A stretch of DNA of 64,000 nucleotides, taken from NCBI GenBank assembly GCA_003151535.1, contig PLXT01000115.1:33941-97940 (forward strand). The letters run 5' to 3'. The translations under genes and the position numbers were made by a program. The notes beneath the pieces are model-generated. The model made no database searches. It saw nothing but the letters and a program-made list of their open reading frames with translations, and was not told where the DNA came from. Positions 62,360 through 64,000 of this stretch are shown here, piece by piece; positions within the stretch are counted from its first letter, which is position 1; the number at the start of each line of letters is the position of its first letter. This stretch comes from Methanobacterium sp. GTDB taxonomy: Archaea > Methanobacteriota > Methanobacteria > Methanobacteriales > Methanobacteriaceae.

Positions 62360-63329
62360 AGTCTTGATAAATCTCTGTCATATCTGTTTGAATAATATAT
62401 TCATCAAATGTTCTATTTAAACTAATATATGCTTTAAACCCATTTATCTTATCACCCAATTTTTTACCTTCAAGGCCATATGTTCTCATTATATCCCCAC
62501 CATTGAACTTAGCTTGAATATACAGCTTCTTGCATTCAAGGTACTCCAATCCTCTGATTTGTCTAACCATGTTCGCTTCAGGGAATGTCTTATTGATTAG
62601 CTCAAAATAAATTGACTTATCATCCACGAATTCAAATTCATGATTTTCATCGGCGACATTTTTATCTATCCAAGCTAGTAGGCTTAGATATGATGCTCTC
62701 TTTTTATTTCTATCCCTGTTTATTTTATTCAATTCAACCAACTGAAATTTCTTCCAATTGAAATATGGGGATTGAGCAACAAATTCAAAAATATCCTCCA
62801 GTTCGTCAAACCCTTCTTCAAAGCGTTTATGCGATAGACCCAAGAAATTAAGGATCTTTGGGTAGTCCTCAGATATGATTATTTCACCGATACTGCTACC
62901 CTTAAAACGATAGTTCAAGCATAACCCATTTTGGCCATATTTTAATCCCAAGGCGTGAGCCAAGCGACCCACCATATTACCTAGATCCGAATTTCCCATA
63001 TATTGCAGTGTTGACCTAAAATGTTTATCATCTGTTATTATTAAATCAACCTGAGTTTCTTTATAGTCAAATGACCAACAATTTCCATTGTGGAATATTT
63101 CATTCGGGGCAAAATTATTGATTATATATTCTCTAATATCAGCGTTTATATTAGTTGTGGATACTATTATATCAATATCACCAAAAGATTCTTTGTTCTT
63201 GAAAAATACAGGGATATCGAAGTGTATGAATGTTTTACTAATTACATTTATTATTTCACTTGAAATAGTGTCGAATTCAAGACGATTAATTCTTTTTGTA
63301 TATGTATTTTTTAATGCTTTGCCACCCAT
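62319..63329 (-). CDS. nucleotidyltransferase-fold (Pol-beta superfamily) protein (336 aa)
   Basis: G[SG]x(n)DhD-type segment KESFGDIDIIV; substrate unknown. Confidence 0.35.
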   Translation of the reverse strand: MGGKALKNTYTKRINRLEFDTISSEIINVISKTFIHFDIPVFFKNKESFGDIDIIVSTTNINADIREYIINNFAPNEIFHNGNCWSFDYKETQVDLIITDDKHFRSTLQYMGNSDLGNMVGRLAHALGLKYGQNGLCLNYRFKGSSIGEIIISEDYPKILNFLGLSHKRFEEGFDELEDIFEFVAQSPYFNWKKFQLVELNKINRDRNKKRASYLSLLAWIDKNVADENHEFEFVDDKSIYFELINKTFPEANMVRQIRGLEYLECKKLYIQAKFNGGDIMRTYGLEGKKLGDKINGFKAYISLNRTFDEYIIQTDMTEIYQDFETYLKNSVYEKD

Positions 63330-63331
63330 AA

Positions 63332-63925
63332 TTATAAATTTATGTAATGGTAATACTTTTCTTGCGATATTTTCATTATTTTAACTATTTCACGTATTGA
63401 TTTATGATCTTCAAATCTTAATTTTTTCAACTTACTTATGTCCTCATCTGTAAGTTTTTTGAACAGTGGGCTATCCTCACCAGTTAAAATTACTCTATTT
63501 TTAATAACGCTATTTATATGCTCCCTTGTTTTTGGATAGTCATAACCTCTAAATACAACATTATTTTTCCTCAAAATAGCCCTAACAATATTAAAAGAGA
63601 TTGAATATTTTTCTTTAATCGTTCTTATAGATAAACCATTATTATAATCAATTGTCATTTTATTTACTATCTCCTCTGAAATTTCTAATTTATTTATTGG
63701 TGGTTTTCTAATCGGAATTATATTGTTTTCAATCAATACACTCTTAATCTTTAGTTCATTTAAATTTAACTTTAATGCGATATGTTTTAAATACTCACCA
63801 TTTTTGTATAATAATATTATTTTTTTAACAATTTCATCATCTAATTTTTTATAGTTATTTGGTGGTTTTCCGTCTATGACTATATTTGTTAAAGGCCCAG
63901 TATTATTACATCTTCTGCCTATCAA
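63332..63925 (-). CDS. DNA-binding protein with three to four tandem helix-turn-helix-like modules
   Basis: repeated segments IVKKIILLYKNGEYLKHIALKLNL, IVNKMTIDYNNGLSIRTIKEKYSIS and KKLRFEDHKSIREIVKIMKIS. Confidence 0.4.
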   Translation of the reverse strand: MIGRRCNNTGPLTNIVIDGKPPNNYKKLDDEIVKKIILLYKNGEYLKHIALKLNLNELKIKSVLIENNIIPIRKPPINKLEISEEIVNKMTIDYNNGLSIRTIKEKYSISFNIVRAILRKNNVVFRGYDYPKTREHINSVIKNRVILTGEDSPLFKKLTDEDISKLKKLRFEDHKSIREIVKIMKISQEKYYHYINL

Positions 63926-64000
63926 TTTTATTAATTTTGATTCTATATCATAAGCCTCTGATTCAAATAAATCAACTTTAATTTTAATTATTATAGGTTT

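Overview
AT-rich, gene-dense window (about 64 kb) that reads like an accessory region of a large (jumbo-type) bacteriophage. Almost every gene is on the minus strand. Only three genes are on the plus strand: a GIY-YIG homing endonuclease, a deoxyribosyltransferase-like gene and a frameshifted T5orf172-type gene. The host is probably a Bacteroidetes bacterium: the lipoproteins have bacterial signal peptide plus Cys, and a recurrent promoter family matches the Bacteroidetes sigma-A architecture (-33 TTTG / -7 TAnnTTTG, built on a doubled GCAAATAT motif). Recognisable content: (i) an NAD+/ADP-ribose module with a NAMPT-family enzyme next to a truncated PRPP-synthetase-like enzyme (NARP1-like NAD+ reconstitution candidate), plus a TARG1-like macro domain, NADAR/YbiA, Nudix and deoxyribosyltransferase-like genes; (ii) a translation/RNA module: sigma-70 family factor, SmpB, RNase R-like exoribonuclease, Thg1-like tRNA-His guanylyltransferase, Rnl2-like RNA ligase, RlmN/Cfr-like radical SAM enzyme, HD phosphohydrolase; (iii) about 20 tRNA or tRNA-like genes in four minus-strand clusters, several of them non-canonical: a candidate UUA (ochre-suppressor-like) anticodon, a Tyr-like paralogue with a disrupted anticodon arm, and two tandem tRNA-like RNAs of about 110-125 nt; (iv) membrane-stress genes (PspA/IM30, flotillin-like SPFH protein, lipoproteins), a PPK2-HAD fusion, and two ATP-grasp paralogues (one frameshifted); (v) mobile or selfish elements: a solo IS200/IS605-family TnpB next to a (TTTA)n microsatellite, GIY-YIG and HNH endonucleases; (vi) a 12-bp tandem repeat array encoding a tetrapeptide-repeat ORF, and a tandem array of small paralogous ORFs. 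All tRNA anticodon calls were folded by hand and need tRNAscan-SE/ARAGORN; no database search could be run.
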